Shown in pieces: positions 24,601-34,691 of a DNA stretch of 64,000 bases. The notes under the pieces are model-generated. The model was not told the DNA's origin and did not search any database. It saw only the letters and a list, made by a program, of their open reading frames with translations. The number at the start of each line of letters is the position of its first letter. Position 1 is the first letter of the stretch. The position numbers and the translations under genes were made by a program. The DNA is from Mizuhopecten yessoensis (Eukaryota): contig NW_018408622.1 in the NCBI RefSeq assembly GCF_002113885.1, positions 741,967 through 805,966 on the forward strand. Reading direction: 5' to 3'.

Positions 24601-27600
24601 TGTTTATTTCTGTACATAAAAGTACAAAATGGAAAAAAGTTATAATATGTGTCTTGAGTTAAAAATCGTTATAACTTAAGTTTTGTAGCACTTTTTCTTG
24701 AACAGAAGTTATCTCTACAACATAAATCTCATAAACGTAAACAGACAATCCATAATGTGTTTTGTATTTCCAGGGCATTGATAACATGAATGTTGACCAT
24801 GAGAAGTGGTGCGATGTTAACGTCATCAGCAGTCTACTGAAGGCATTCTTCAGAAAGTTGCCTGATCCACTGATCACTACAGGTAGGTAGCTAACTGTGA
24901 TTCACAAACAAAATTAAATTTATGGGTCATTTTTAGAATTTAATTAACAGTCATTTTTTTTAGAGAATTATTTCAGTATTTTTCTTCACGAACTTTAACC
25001 AGAAACAAAATAGACAAGAGCCGCTTTCGTTTATCGCGACCCAAACAGTTGAACATGTTGGAACAGAGTTAAACGTTTATGAAATGAGTCGGACCTAGTA
25101 ATCTGATGCTGCTTTCAGGCGAGCCATGACAAAGCCTTGCAAGGCCTGCATAAATATTTGCAGATCTACTTGAATTTATACCTGAAAAAGTTAGATTTAA
25201 AAATGAACCGGATGCACTAAACGGGCCTGATGAAACAATTGTCAATCAAGGGAGATAAATCTGGTCTACTTAACATACAAAGATTTATTTTTAAACCTGA
25301 AAACAATTTTTAATAAAGGAACATGTCTTATCCTTCCTCATTTAAGGGACTCCTTGTTTTTTAAAAAAATGATGTATATTATATAGATTTGTATTCTGTT
25401 TGGTTATTGAGGAGTAATGACAAAAAATGGAAAGATCTTGCCTGTGCCGTACTGCAGTAATCACCAGTAAATATTTAAGCAATAAACTAAATATATGTGG
25501 CAGACCTACTGTTTTAACTGCCGATGTGTCACAAACAAACTGTCACAGACAAACTGAATGGTGCACGCTAGCAGTTTATCGCTTATATTTACATTTTCGT
25601 TATGAAAAACTGCTAAATAGAGGATCTGTCATAAGTTTCCCTTCATATTGGATTTATGATACAAGTTTTAGATTTTTCATGTAGGCGAGCCTCATAAATT
25701 GAATATGAAGAGAAACGAATGACTGATTCGTTATATCATATAATACAAAATAAACTGTTTATACACAACAAAAACGATGAAACAACAGTTTACCTGTTTA
25801 TTACAATTCGAGATATTTAAATGAGGCAGATAGCAAGATAAAAAGAAAATACAAACTTATACTTTGGCGTATCAGGGGCTACGTATACTCACTCAACACT
25901 ATAAGCTAACTATATACAATACTACAAAAACAAACGTGTACTGACGAGGTAGCCTCCTAAGCAAAGAAAGAGGCCACAAGGAAAAAAAATATATATTCTC
26001 AGCAATATATTTAAAGTAGCTAGCCAGACAACTCTTGAGCGATTCAAGACAGGCCAAATGTAAATATCTAGTGAACGTTCTTGAGCGATTCAAGACAGTA
26101 TATACATGTAGATATCTAGAGCAAACCCTTGAGCGATTCAAGAGCTGCATATAAAATACTCATATATATAAGTAGTAAAGAAAACTTTTAAGCGATTTAA
26201 AAGCAGAGAGATTTTGCCTTGAGCGATTCAAGAGAGGCAAACTGACCACCAGACTTAAGCGATTTAAGAGCTGGCAAGACGAAACTCCTGAGCGATTCAA
26301 GAGCCTAGTAGTTTCAAGAATAGACAGAAAAATTAAAGCAAAAGCAGTAAAATAATCAACAGATAAGTAAATAATGCCTCTTGGAAACGAGCTACCGGAT
26401 CGTACGGAACAACTGTAGAATTCCTACTTTTAGACCCCATGTCTTAAAACTATTGTCGATAGGCCTGAATATCAACGTTATATATAGCCTAAGGTGTAGG
26501 TTAGCACGGTCGAATGCACGTACAATGTCAAGTTCACACCGTAATGACGAATCACGGCGAAGTATTTGCTCACAATAATTGTATAGGAAGTGCGTCAAGT
26601 CCTTAAACACGAAGTTGTAAGGTGGTATTATTCGTACAACAGTAAATGATCAGTAGGCTGCCTTGCTCCCAGTGTGTACAGTAGCGTAGCCACACCTCAA
26701 GTCCAAAAATCATGCAGAAAGTAAACAAACGTTCTCCTCATACTGATTCACGTTTACAGCGTAACAAACTGGCGAAAGTTAAATCATATGGCGATGACTG
26801 TCACTGAGTAATCGTGGTGTAGTTTAAGATAAATCCATAGTGTAGTAAACACTTGAAAAGTCGAAGAATACGCGAAAAGCAAACACACCAACACCCGCCG
26901 GAAATCAATAATGAGGGGCACTGACAATACCACATACCCTCTAGGGGTTAATGCTGATTGGTTAACTCTCCCCTAATTTGCATAAAAACATAAACATGAA
27001 AAACCTAGATACAAGAATATTACCACACGTAAACAAGGAAATGAACTTAAGTAAATTCACACATATATATCTAACTGTTCCACTGTAGAAAAACAACCTA
27101 TGATATATATAAGCAAGGGAGCAATAAAAGTTGTATATAAACTATAATTTAACACACTTGTCAAATTATCATTATAATTGTGATCAGAAATGAATATTTT
27201 GCACTTGGTCGCCTCTGAAACGATGAAAATTGTGTCAGCTTCACAATGACGTGATGTCACATTGATTGTTCCTATTCGATTGTGACGTCATTTCCGGAGT
27301 GATATTACACACGTTACTTAAACATAATTTATGTGATGGCTTAATGACACTGCATAACACAGTATTGATATGATAAAAAGGTATATCTCTTTTACAACTT
27401 TCAAATTTCCTGCTTATTACCATCAGGTCCTGTCTGTATCTAGAAGGGCACAAAGATAACAGCTGACGTCACGCTCTATTTCCCATACAAAATTGAAAAG
27501 ACTATCGTTATTGATTCATTTGTTTTTAAAATATAGAATATTCTCAATTAACAAAATATACACAAATAACATTATGTTAGTAGCTATTCAATTGACGTAA

Positions 27601-30600
27601 GACCTTTTACTGATTGTTTTATTGTGGCCTATATTCTAACATTGTGCAAGTCAGATGTATTCATACGCCCTGCAACCAACTTCAGTTATAGTCTCATAAC
27701 ATGAAGCTGCTATAGGCAGTAATTTAGTAGTAATATAGAAAGGCCTCACTAAATGTAAGTGTATCTGTTTCCACAGAGCTGTACCAGAGCTTTATCAACG
27801 CCAATCAGACTGGGGACCCTGAGCGACGCATGCTCAAGGTTAAGAGGTTATTACATGACCTTCCGGAACATCATTTCGAGACATTTAGACACCTGGCCGA
27901 ACATCTCAACAAAGTCGCCTCCTACGATCAAGTCAATAAGGTGAGGCTCGGATCTAAGCATAGGTGCATGATGTTAAAACATGTTGGTATTGAACATATC
28001 CTTCTGCTTAATTACGATTTTCAAACACAATTTGCTAACATAAAGTAACACTTAGAATATAGTCAATCACAGCTTTTAAACTGATCTTGATTATTTATAG
28101 ATGGACACACGAAACTTGGCCCTGATGTTTGGTCCAACTCTGATTCGCCAAATCAACGATGACATGGCAAGCATTGTTAAGGACATGTCGGACCAGTGTC
28201 GCATTGTGGAGAGTATCATATCTCATGTAAGTTGTGTACAAGTGAACCTGGCTAAAACATAGCTGTGAACCCTCCCTCATTAGGAGGGAAACTCCCTCAT
28301 TTTGACCACAGTCTACCAATCTCTGTAGAAACTCCCTCATTCAAGTCCAAATTCGCACAAACCCAGAATCTCCATCCTGTGGTCAAATGATCTCCTAGTT
28401 ACTACAGGGTGTGCGTAATTAACATAACAGGTGTGTCTGAATCAAATGAATGCTTTTTTGAGTTATTTTGATACATATAAAGGGAAAAGAAAAATGAATT
28501 GAGCAAAACAGTTTCAGTCAAGTTTCACGCACTCTCTCCCTCATTGGAAATGTGGAATGAGGGAGATCTCCCTCATTGGAGGTTTCAGATGTTGACACCT
28601 ATATAACAATATATCAGCTCACAACTAAATATGGTAAAGCATATGCTTTCCTCCACCAGTTTGTAAATTGTATTAAATTCTCTAAAAATTCAAGTTTTTC
28701 ATTGACCCTGTTCTTCATAGAGGTACATGATTGTTGTTTTGGTATAATTTTATCACTATAGACTTTAAAAATTCTTCTCAACAATTCATGGATGGTAGGC
28801 AAAGACTAGCAGTTATATTCTGTCTTGCAGTATGAATGGTTCTTCAGCTCTTGGGACCAAGACCGCTATGTACCAGTGGACGAGAACTATGAGGAAAATA
28901 ATCGACCGTCTAACACCTCCTTCTCAAGGATGTCCTGTGACGATGATGGTAAGTTCGGACCTCTCTGCAATGTCAACATTATTCCTTGGTTTGTTCTACT
29001 ATCTGTCCGCCCTTACAAATCTCTGCCCAACTACACTGTAGGTTGTTCGTACATACAGCAAACCACCCTTAACTTCTGTTTGGATATATTAACTGTAGAA
29101 CAGTTGGGCCAGGATACTTCTGTCAATGAGGTAGCTCAATCGTTTGGAGCGATAGTATAACAATCTGGGCCCAGTTGTTCAAAAGGTGATTAGCTTAATC
29201 AGTGATTAGCACAAGTTTTAATTTTCTTGTATCTTAAAAACGAAACCATTGAATTAGTTACAACTTTCCAGATATTAAATATTAAGTAGAGTGAATTTAT
29301 ATGCAAAAGTGTGAGATTATACCTGGTATATTGACGAAATTATTAAAGGTTGAAAAGTGTTGTTAACTATTGATTAAGCTAATCACCTTTTGAAAAACTG
29401 GCCCCTGAAGTCCAGGGTTCAAATGACAGTGTTGCCCTGCTGCTCGTTTTACACCCACAACACTGCTGTTGATTATTTTTATGTTTATTTCCTCTCAACT
29501 ATTTTTCATATATATGCGGCAAGATAATTTAAGGTTTGCTTTTTAGAAATTATTTATCAAAACTAAAGTCATGTCAGCAAAATTGGTTTCAAGTGCATAG
29601 ATACAGATTTTGGTGGCAGTACGGGGATCCTTAAGTTTCTGCAAGATAACTTGCTTATCATAATTAATTTCGGTGAAACTTGGTATATACATATATACAA
29701 AGGCTTAAAGGCCGAGTTCGAAAATGAAGTTAAGAATATCATTAAACTTACTTTTAACTTTTAATTGCAATTTAAATCAGTCTGACTATATTTGATATAT
29801 ATCTATCAATTATATACCTGTGACTTAAATAAACAATTGAAAAAAAACATTTTGTCAAAGATATTCATTTCTGGCCATGATTTGATTTTTGGCTATTTCA
29901 AAGGAAAAGGAGGTTATTTATTTAATTATTATATATCTTTTGTTCCTGGAGTATTGCTTTGCATTGTAAGAGCTTTGAATACCACCATATTTGTGGTGAA
30001 ATTTGGTTAGTAAGTTCATGGTACTGAGGCTAATGCCAATACTGTTATGGCACAGGAGGTACCTGAAATTAAGAAATGTCTATCAGATTCATCCTTTCCA
30101 AACCTTTGTTTTGTGAGACTGACAGAAATCCATCTGTTTTTATTTCAGACAATGCCAACAATCCGAAATACATTGTGTCGTCATTTGTACAAGCAGCGAA
30201 AAAACGTGGGAAGGGAGAAGACGAGGTGGATGCCAGCCAACCACCGGCGCCACCATACAGGGAGCGCAACATTGATCAGGAGGTGGCTAAACACCGCATG
30301 AAAACACAAAACGAGACAACACAGAGCAGCCCCAATCTCACCACTGTTCTCAAAACTATGCCACAACAGATTCAGGTGGTTGTACGCACAACAGAAAATC
30401 CCAACGATCGGCGGATGGCAAAGTCCCAGGAGATTTTAGATCCTGATTGGGAATACATAGATTCAGAGCGACAATCTCAAAGTATGATAATTAAACCGAG
30501 ACATTACTCGGAAGATTCTCTGGATAAGAATGATGAGATGGAGTTATCTTCTCAGGGTGGTCTCAGTTCTGGTTTCAGTGTGAGTCGTGATACGATAGAT

Positions 30601-32295
30601 CGTCTTCGGAAAATTGAGGAGGAGGCTAGAGCGTTGAGGGAAAAGGAGGAAAAAAGGAGGAGAGATTTCGAAAGGAGAAAATTGGAACGACAGAAAGTGG
30701 AACAAGATATTCAGAGAACGAAAAAGGAAATAGAATACGAGGATAGTCAGAATGTTGAAGATTTACTCAATTCTCCGTCAGTGTGGCACTCAGCAAGTGA
30801 ACTTCATAGATATTCGTCCTCCGGTCATGTGAGACAAGGTTCTGCCACGTCTGATTACTCAAGTGTGTCATCAGGGGCTGAAATACACGGAGGGCCATCA
30901 TGGCTCAAGTATGGTAATACGTCCGACTATAACAGTACTGTGTCCCCTTCAAGTTCCAACGGGGAAAAAGTTTTTAAGGACCCTAAACATGGAGGCAAAT
31001 ATTTTGTGATACAAAGTGTTAATAGTGCTAAAGTTCCTCCTACAAAACGAACAAATTCCTTAGAAACAATGTTGGAGACTGATGAGGAAATAAAGCCAAG
31101 GCAATATGCAAGAATCACAACCAAAAGAGGGTCGGAGAAACCTCGTTGGGTCAATCGGGAAAGTGGTGAACATATACGACGTTCCCGTGGCAACCTCAGT
31201 CGTAGTAATTCAGTGAGGAGAGGTTCGCTAGATTCTTTAATTGACCTGTTAGACAGACAGGATCAAAAAGTCTATGGATACAACTCCTCGGATTCGGAGG
31301 ATGGGTCGGACCTTCTTAGTGACTTGACAACTACGTTTGACCAGAAGCTGAAGGTTTTGGTAAATCCAAAGTACAAACTTAATGGTAGTACAAGCAGGCT
31401 CAACAAGAGTGATGGCTCAGGCTCTGTTACCAGCGACAAAAGTGAGCGAAGCGAAAAAAGTGAAAAGGAGCCCAATGCTCATATGCGTCTTCCTCCTCAG
31501 CTTCCACTGTCGCTGTGCAATAAGTTTGGTCTCTGTAGCAGCAATGACATGCTGGAGAAGCAATACAGAGATCCCAGCCTCCACAGATCTCCCTTACAGA
31601 AAAGCGAGGCCAAAATTGGTATTGCATACCGCTTTGAGCGTAACCCAACAAACAGTGTTGTTCTAACCAACAGTCGGGAGAATATGGGTGGTGCAAGCAA
31701 TATGGGTTCCCCCTCCTCTTACCCTGGTCTGGCCACTGAGCCACGAACCACCTACATGGTGGTCAATCCCTCCCCAGTGACTGTGCTTGACCGGTCTGGT
31801 CGCCACTACTCCCCTTCTGGCCTGTCACAGGGCAGAAATTTGGCAAAAGTAGACTGTAGTCGTGATGCGCGGCCAATTTCTAAATCTGAAAAAACAGAAG
31901 TGAATGTGTCTTTGTCTAAACAGGTCAAAGACAGTCATATGTCTGGTGCCGAGAGACCAACAGGTTTTTCCTGTACTTTTGACATTGGTGGAAATGATAA
32001 ATCTTTGAAGGCTAGGTCATCAAGTCCAGAACCAGCACGAAAGGTCAAGAGGACGAAGCGGAGACACACCGTAGGAAGTACAAACGACGAACATTTCCGT
32101 GCCCTGAAGACCCTGTCTAAGCCCAGGGGTGAACCGAAGATGTCCGCGTGGGACCGACTTCAGCCTGGCGGAGGAAAAGATTCCCAAATTAGTGCTAGCC
32201 AAAACCTGTTATCATGGATGCAAAATGAGCGTCTACGTGCAAGTGTTCCTGACTTGTCTGTGGGCATGACTGGCTACAATGGGAATTACTCGTGA
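6374..32295 (+). CDS. ARHGAP21: Rho GTPase-activating protein 21/23-like (PDZ, PH, RhoGAP); 17 coding exons in window, 5' end outside window
   Basis: Join 6374-6649,10416-12141,12674-12805,13930-14028,14389-14524,14891-14945,16460-16570,19540-19632,20217-20417,21535-21733,22112-22260,22821-22946,24774-24882,27777-27940,28101-28226,28831-28948,30149-32295 = 5967 nt, open to TGA, all introns GT-AG with matching phases. Motifs [15 protein letters not shown] (PDZ), KEG..W..LRGH.LYL..YLFQAE..W (PH), [37 protein letters not shown] (RhoGAP). An invertebrate gene is expected to be co-orthologous to ARHGAP21 and ARHGAP23. Confidence 0.95.
7426..7516. mobile_element. piggyBac-like MITE (83 bp, TTAA TSD), subfamily A
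   Basis: TTAA-CCCTTTCACC...GGTGAAAGGG-TTAA. Confidence 0.85.
7551..7789. repeat. 46-bp minisatellite, 5 units
   Basis: ttacctgtaatgggctgttttgcagggtagatatacctagctgtcc at 7551, 7597, 7643, 7689, 7735. Confidence 0.97.
8328..8975. mobile_element. TA-flanked MITE (CTGTATACAGGG family) with internal GGCAAAC minisatellite (8352-8790)
   Basis: Ends tactatatacagggaaa / cctcagtataaagta; internal aatgttcgctgtaat.ataaatt..ccctcatta shared with 23830-23870; mixed 10- and 16-bp units. Confidence 0.75.
10416..12141 (+). CDS. ARHGAP21: ARHGAP21/23 exon 2: large Ser/Gln-rich low-complexity linker
   Basis: tttttcag acceptor, starts AYQN continuing the conserved LQx-AY after the PDZ; 1726 nt open; ends [14 protein letters not shown], donor gtaagt, phase 1. 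Confidence 0.92.
12163..12432. mobile_element. PIF/Harbinger-like MITE
   Basis: CAG-GGCCTGTTTTCATGAA...TTCATGAATACAGGCC-CTG terminal inverted repeats; CWG flanks (CAG and CTG, not identical). Confidence 0.75.
12674..12805 (+). CDS. ARHGAP21: ARHGAP21/23 exon 3 (Pro/Ser-rich)
   Basis: ttacag acceptor, [25 protein letters not shown], donor gtaatt; phase 1-1; not in ORF track. Confidence 0.8.
12961..13050. mobile_element. piggyBac-like MITE, subfamily A, opposite orientation to 7426
   Basis: Aligns end to end with the reverse complement of 7426-7516; TTAA at both ends. Confidence 0.85.
13258..13335. repeat. Perfect 38-bp tandem duplication
   Basis: tgtatacagacattgaccaggatatagaacttaagtga x2. 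Confidence 0.95.
13532..13883. repeat. Diverged 33-bp minisatellite, about 10 units
   Basis: gtggtttgacttgagggttattcccctttactg consensus; ends about 45 nt before the exon 4 acceptor. Confidence 0.92.
13930..14028 (+). CDS. ARHGAP21: ARHGAP21/23 exon 4
   Basis: tgtttccag acceptor, [18 protein letters not shown], donor gtaagt; phase 1-1. Confidence 0.8.
14389..14524 (+). CDS. ARHGAP21: ARHGAP21/23 exon 5
   Basis: ttttag acceptor, [22 protein letters not shown] (family RRxSYL motif), donor gtgtgt chosen because it gives the phase 2 needed by the next exon. Confidence 0.82.
14891..14945 (+). CDS. ARHGAP21: ARHGAP21/23 exon 6
   Basis: tttctttcag acceptor, [18 protein letters not shown], donor gtaatt; phase 2-0. 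Confidence 0.82.
15113..15710. repeat. 65-bp minisatellite, 9 units, inside a decayed Tc2-like MITE (about 15085-15768)
   Basis: Units start at 15113+65n; flanks ttatccagcaataagcccatgcctgg and agtcag..attatatgttg match the element at 35758-35999. Confidence 0.95.
15814..16120. mobile_element. TA-flanked MITE (CTGTAAAATCA...TGATTTCACAG) carrying a nested TTAA MITE
   Basis: Terminal inverted repeats with TA; homologous to 19782-19984. Confidence 0.8.
15888..15978. mobile_element. piggyBac-like MITE, subfamily B (nested)
   Basis: TTTA-CTCATTCACCCCTG...CAGGGGTAAATGAG-TTAA; near-identical to 34692-34782. Confidence 0.85.
16460..16570 (+). CDS. ARHGAP21: ARHGAP21/23 exon 7: start of PH domain
   Basis: ttgtag acceptor, [28 protein letters not shown], donor gtacag. 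Confidence 0.88.
16931..19092. mobile_element. Tc1/mariner-like MITE expanded by an internal 2-kb minisatellite
   Basis: Left TA-CAGTAAAACCTTGTTATATT; right end reverse complement CAGTGTAACCCAGTTGTAAT. Confidence 0.65.
17056..19076. repeat. 30/31-bp minisatellite, about 65 units
   Basis: caaagtatccaataaaaagaggggtattaca and caaagtagccaatgaaatgagggtattaca variants; the second variant is enriched toward the right. Confidence 0.98.
19140..19224. repeat. Inverted repeat/hairpin, 39-bp arms, 7-nt loop
   Basis: ttcatgccagtgtgaacgcaaactggttacatacatatt-ccatgta-aatatgtatgtaactgatttgcattcataccagcatgaa. Confidence 0.9.
19540..19632 (+). CDS. ARHGAP21: ARHGAP21/23 exon 8: PH domain
   Basis: ttacag acceptor, [31 protein letters not shown], donor gtaagt. 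Confidence 0.92.
19782..19984. mobile_element. Second, 5'-damaged copy of the 15814 MITE (empty site for the nested element)
   Basis: aaacaccat.tcat.ggtaca..ggacctatga..cccacgaaaaat..gtgatttt shared. Confidence 0.75.
20217..20417 (+). CDS. ARHGAP21: ARHGAP21/23 exon 9: end of PH domain
   Basis: ctccag acceptor, [55 protein letters not shown], donor gtaagg. Confidence 0.93.
20819..20923. repeat. 32-bp tandem duplication followed by (TTTGG)4
   Basis: aaccatcttct.atatctcccagttgtcc x2; tttgg repeats at 20904-20923. Confidence 0.85.
21535..21733 (+). CDS. ARHGAP21: ARHGAP21/23 exon 10: post-PH helix and linker
   Basis: tttacag acceptor, [27 protein letters not shown], donor gtaggt; phase 0-1. 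Confidence 0.88.
22112..22260 (+). CDS. ARHGAP21: ARHGAP21/23 exon 11: start of RhoGAP
   Basis: ttccag acceptor, ..[17 protein letters not shown], donor gtaagt; phase 1-0. Confidence 0.9.
22545..22800. repeat. Degenerate 20-22-bp minisatellite upstream of exon 12
   Basis: tgtgtactttgtaataagaa units. Confidence 0.9.
22821..22946 (+). CDS. ARHGAP21: ARHGAP21/23 exon 12: RhoGAP with arginine finger
   Basis: ttttgcag acceptor, [29 protein letters not shown]; catalytic Arg codon AGA at 22893-22895; donor gttgta. Confidence 0.95.
22949..24435. repeat. 37-bp minisatellite in forward-inverted-forward arrangement, derived from a MITE terminus; intact MITE at 24226-24435
   Basis: Unit atactgtatacagggaacattatacagagtgttttat; orientation switches at about 23480 and 23954; MITE ends TA-CTGTATACAGGGAA...TTCCCTGTATACAG. 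Confidence 0.93.
24774..24882 (+). CDS. ARHGAP21: ARHGAP21/23 exon 13: RhoGAP
   Basis: tttccag acceptor, [36 protein letters not shown], donor gtaggt. Confidence 0.95.
25863..26926 (-). mobile_element. Probable solo LTR (Gypsy-like), antisense in the intron between exons 13 and 14
   Basis: ATAC on both flanks (25859-25862, 26927-26930); minus strand begins TGTCAGTG and ends CGCCAAA (one mismatch from the canonical CA end); minus-strand TATATAA at 26484-26478; GT-rich U5-like 3' end; CpG-richer than the host intron. Confidence 0.5.
26034..26301 (-). repeat. Array of seven 15-bp palindromic motifs CTTGA-GCGAT-TCAAG with variable spacers
   Basis: Starts at 26034, 26080, 26128, 26187, 26218, 26254, 26287. 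Confidence 0.92.
27777..27940 (+). CDS. ARHGAP21: ARHGAP21/23 exon 14: RhoGAP
   Basis: ttccacag acceptor, [41 protein letters not shown], donor gtgagg. Confidence 0.95.
28101..28226 (+). CDS. ARHGAP21: ARHGAP21/23 exon 15: RhoGAP
   Basis: tttatag acceptor, [33 protein letters not shown], donor gtaagt. Confidence 0.95.
28831..28948 (+). CDS. ARHGAP21: ARHGAP21/23 exon 16: end of RhoGAP
   Basis: cttgcag acceptor, YEWFF.., donor gtaagt; phase 0-1. Confidence 0.92.
29131..29424 (+). mobile_element. tRNA-derived SINE head split by a MITE
   Basis: A box TAGCTCAATCG at 29132 and B box GGTTCAAAT at 29416; removing 29168-29407 restores tRNA-like spacing. Confidence 0.6.
29165..29407. mobile_element. 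PIF/Harbinger-like MITE, CTG TSD
   Basis: CTG-GGCCCAGTTGTTCAAAAGGTGATTAGCTTAATCA...TGATTAAGCTAATCACCTTTTGAAAAACTGGCCC-CTG. Confidence 0.88.
30149..32295 (+). CDS. ARHGAP21: ARHGAP21/23 terminal exon 17: coiled coil and disordered C-terminus
   Basis: tatttcag acceptor, [22 protein letters not shown]-rich coiled coil, KRRHTVG motif, stop TGA 32293-32295. Confidence 0.92.
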
Positions 32296-33711
32296 CACTT
32301 CGTTCATAGTTGTTTGCGTAGAAACATAAAACTGGCCTGTTGACAATTTTACATGGTTTTACAACTTTGTCTTAAGCATTAACTAGCTGATTTCTTTTTG
32401 TTATACCTAATTTGTGTGTTGCCATGGTTTTTACTTTATCTGCTATACATTGCCATGGTTATACTTTGATAACCTGTTATGGTTACCATAGTTTTGCTTA
32501 TATTCTACCAGTGCTCTTTCATAGTGTATTTCCCTCGTAGTTTTTAGCCATTTTCCTTTCAGACGTATTAATTTGTATTTTAATCGTTAGACTAAGATGG
32601 AGATGGAGCTTTAATTGTTTAACAGTTACTTCTGTATTGGTCATGTCATAAGCTGGTTGTATTTTTTTTTAATTATTTTTCGCTTTTTTCGTGAAAAAAA
32701 AATACATGTTCAGAGCTCATGCCAATCATAGTGTGACACATTGAACAACACTTTATTTATCATTTCATGTAAAATGTTGCAATTTTGTTGAAAATATTTA
32801 CATTAAATGGATGCACATTTTTTTGGAAATGAGTTTGTACATTCACATTATATATTTAAAGCAGACAAACTGATAGAACTTTAGTGATAATTAACAGATA
32901 TATTTAAAAAAAAAAGGCAGACTTGTCAAATTGGTGACTAACTGAAGTATAGCTCATTTATTTGTCACAGATTAGTATTTAATATAATTGACTAATTATA
33001 AGAGGATATTTTGGGTCAAAGCAACCAGCCTTCTACCTTGACTAAGATGCATTATTTTACCTACCGGTAATTATTTGTGATGGAAACTAGCCTGTCAGTT
33101 TCATAGTTCAATAGTACAAAAACTAATCTTTGTAAGCTAACTGTTATGCAGTATTGACTATTCATATCAACATAACATGTACAAAATTTAAAAATAACAT
33201 TTTTGAAATAACATTATAATAGCTGCAGTGAAATGAAAAAAAAAAAGATTTATATTATAGAAACTAAAATAATCTGCAGATTGTATAAGCAATATTAGCA
33301 GTATGTTTACAAGTACTTCATGTTTACATTTTTGGCTGACGTTGACTCGGTGAAGCGTTTCTTATTTACCTCAGTACCTGTTGAAGTTGGCGTGTTACCT
33401 GTTGTCAATGTCGTACACCTGCTACGTACATGAGGTGTGTCATGAAACACAGCTTAATAACACCTGTGAGCTGTGATTGACTACCCGGTATACCTTTCTA
33501 TTGTTTCAACTGTGACATCACAGATAAGACAATTTCATGATGTCACAGACTTACGTTTGATTTGTGATGTCACAAAAGAAATCAGCTTAAGGTCAAAATG
33601 TCAATATTTTAGATTTCAAGAGTCTGAGAGCTGTTGTTTTCAAGAATTTTTACAAGACATCTTGGTTATGTGGTAAAAAAAAAATCTTCCATTTATTTTC
33701 GATTTCACGTT

Positions 33712-33776
33712 TGATTCATGAAACTCGTCAAGAATTTTTCATATGATTCATGAAACTCGTCAAGAATTTTTCATAT
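33712..33776. repeat. Perfect 32-bp tandem duplication
   Basis: tgattcatgaaactcgtcaagaatttttcata x2. Confidence 0.9.
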
Positions 33777-34346
33777 TAGCTCTCCAGACAATTGCTAAAA
33801 TGAAAAATTATTAGAGACATGTTTCACAACTCTCACATGGAATGGAAAGTCATTTTAGACTCTCTTTATCCATTTGTTTGCTGTTTTGAGTGAACTGCAG
33901 TGCAGTTTGTCTTTATTTTAATGCTATTTAGAGGAAGTTTACTGCAGGAATTCTATTTAACTCTTTGATGTTATAATTTCAATGCTGGACATTGCTATAC
34001 CTTGAAAAACAAGTGTTGTTTTCACCACACCTTAATAAATCATATTTATATTGTAAAGTTTTACACCTTAACTTAAAAACATTTCTATAGCGATGTTCTC
34101 TATTGGTATAAATAAAAGCAGAATGACAATAGGTTAGAAATTTAACAAATATTTTTCAACTTTTATGGCACCAAGTTCACATGAAAATACCATGCACATA
34201 CATTTTTGACAATAGTTTTTTTTAAACTTGCATGGTAATGGATGTAGTAGTGATGCAGAACTTGTAGATTTGTTTGAGGTAAAACACTGTCACCTTTGTT
34301 ATACACTATAAACTTTTAATGTTTTATGGCACATCAGGCTAGGCTC

Positions 34347-34437
34347 TTTACTCATTCACCCCTGCAGACACATTTGAACTCTTCCAATTCAAAGGTTGGA
34401 ATAGGCCATTATGACATTTCAGGGGTGAATGAGTTAA
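34347..34437. mobile_element. piggyBac-like MITE, subfamily B (reverse orientation)
   Basis: TTTA-CTCATTCACCCCTG...CAGGGGTGAATGAG-TTAA. Confidence 0.85.
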
Positions 34438-34691
34438 ATATTTAAGGGTATGGAAGTAATGTACTAAACATACTTATTTTAGTGCACTGAGATATTAGTG
34501 CATTATTGAATTTTAACAGATTAGTGCATTAATGAATTGGCTCACCCACCAAATATTTAATAGAAAATAATAAACATGATCCTCAATTGGTGCAATCATA
34601 ATTTAGTACAACGTTTAAAGCCTGATAAAGGACTAAAATGTTACTTCTGCGAACATATGTATGTTTACAGTAATAATAACAAATCAAGACA

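Noticed and set aside
25941-25990. Hammerhead ribozyme (CTGACGAG, stem, GAAA)
   Set aside because: GAAA is not adjacent to the stem II closing pair and no stem I/III with an NUH site could be built.
26034-26301. CRISPR array (palindromic repeats with spacers)
   Set aside because: Repeats are only 15 bp, spacers vary from 16 to 44 nt, the first two spacers resemble each other, there are no cas genes, and the context is a eukaryotic intron.
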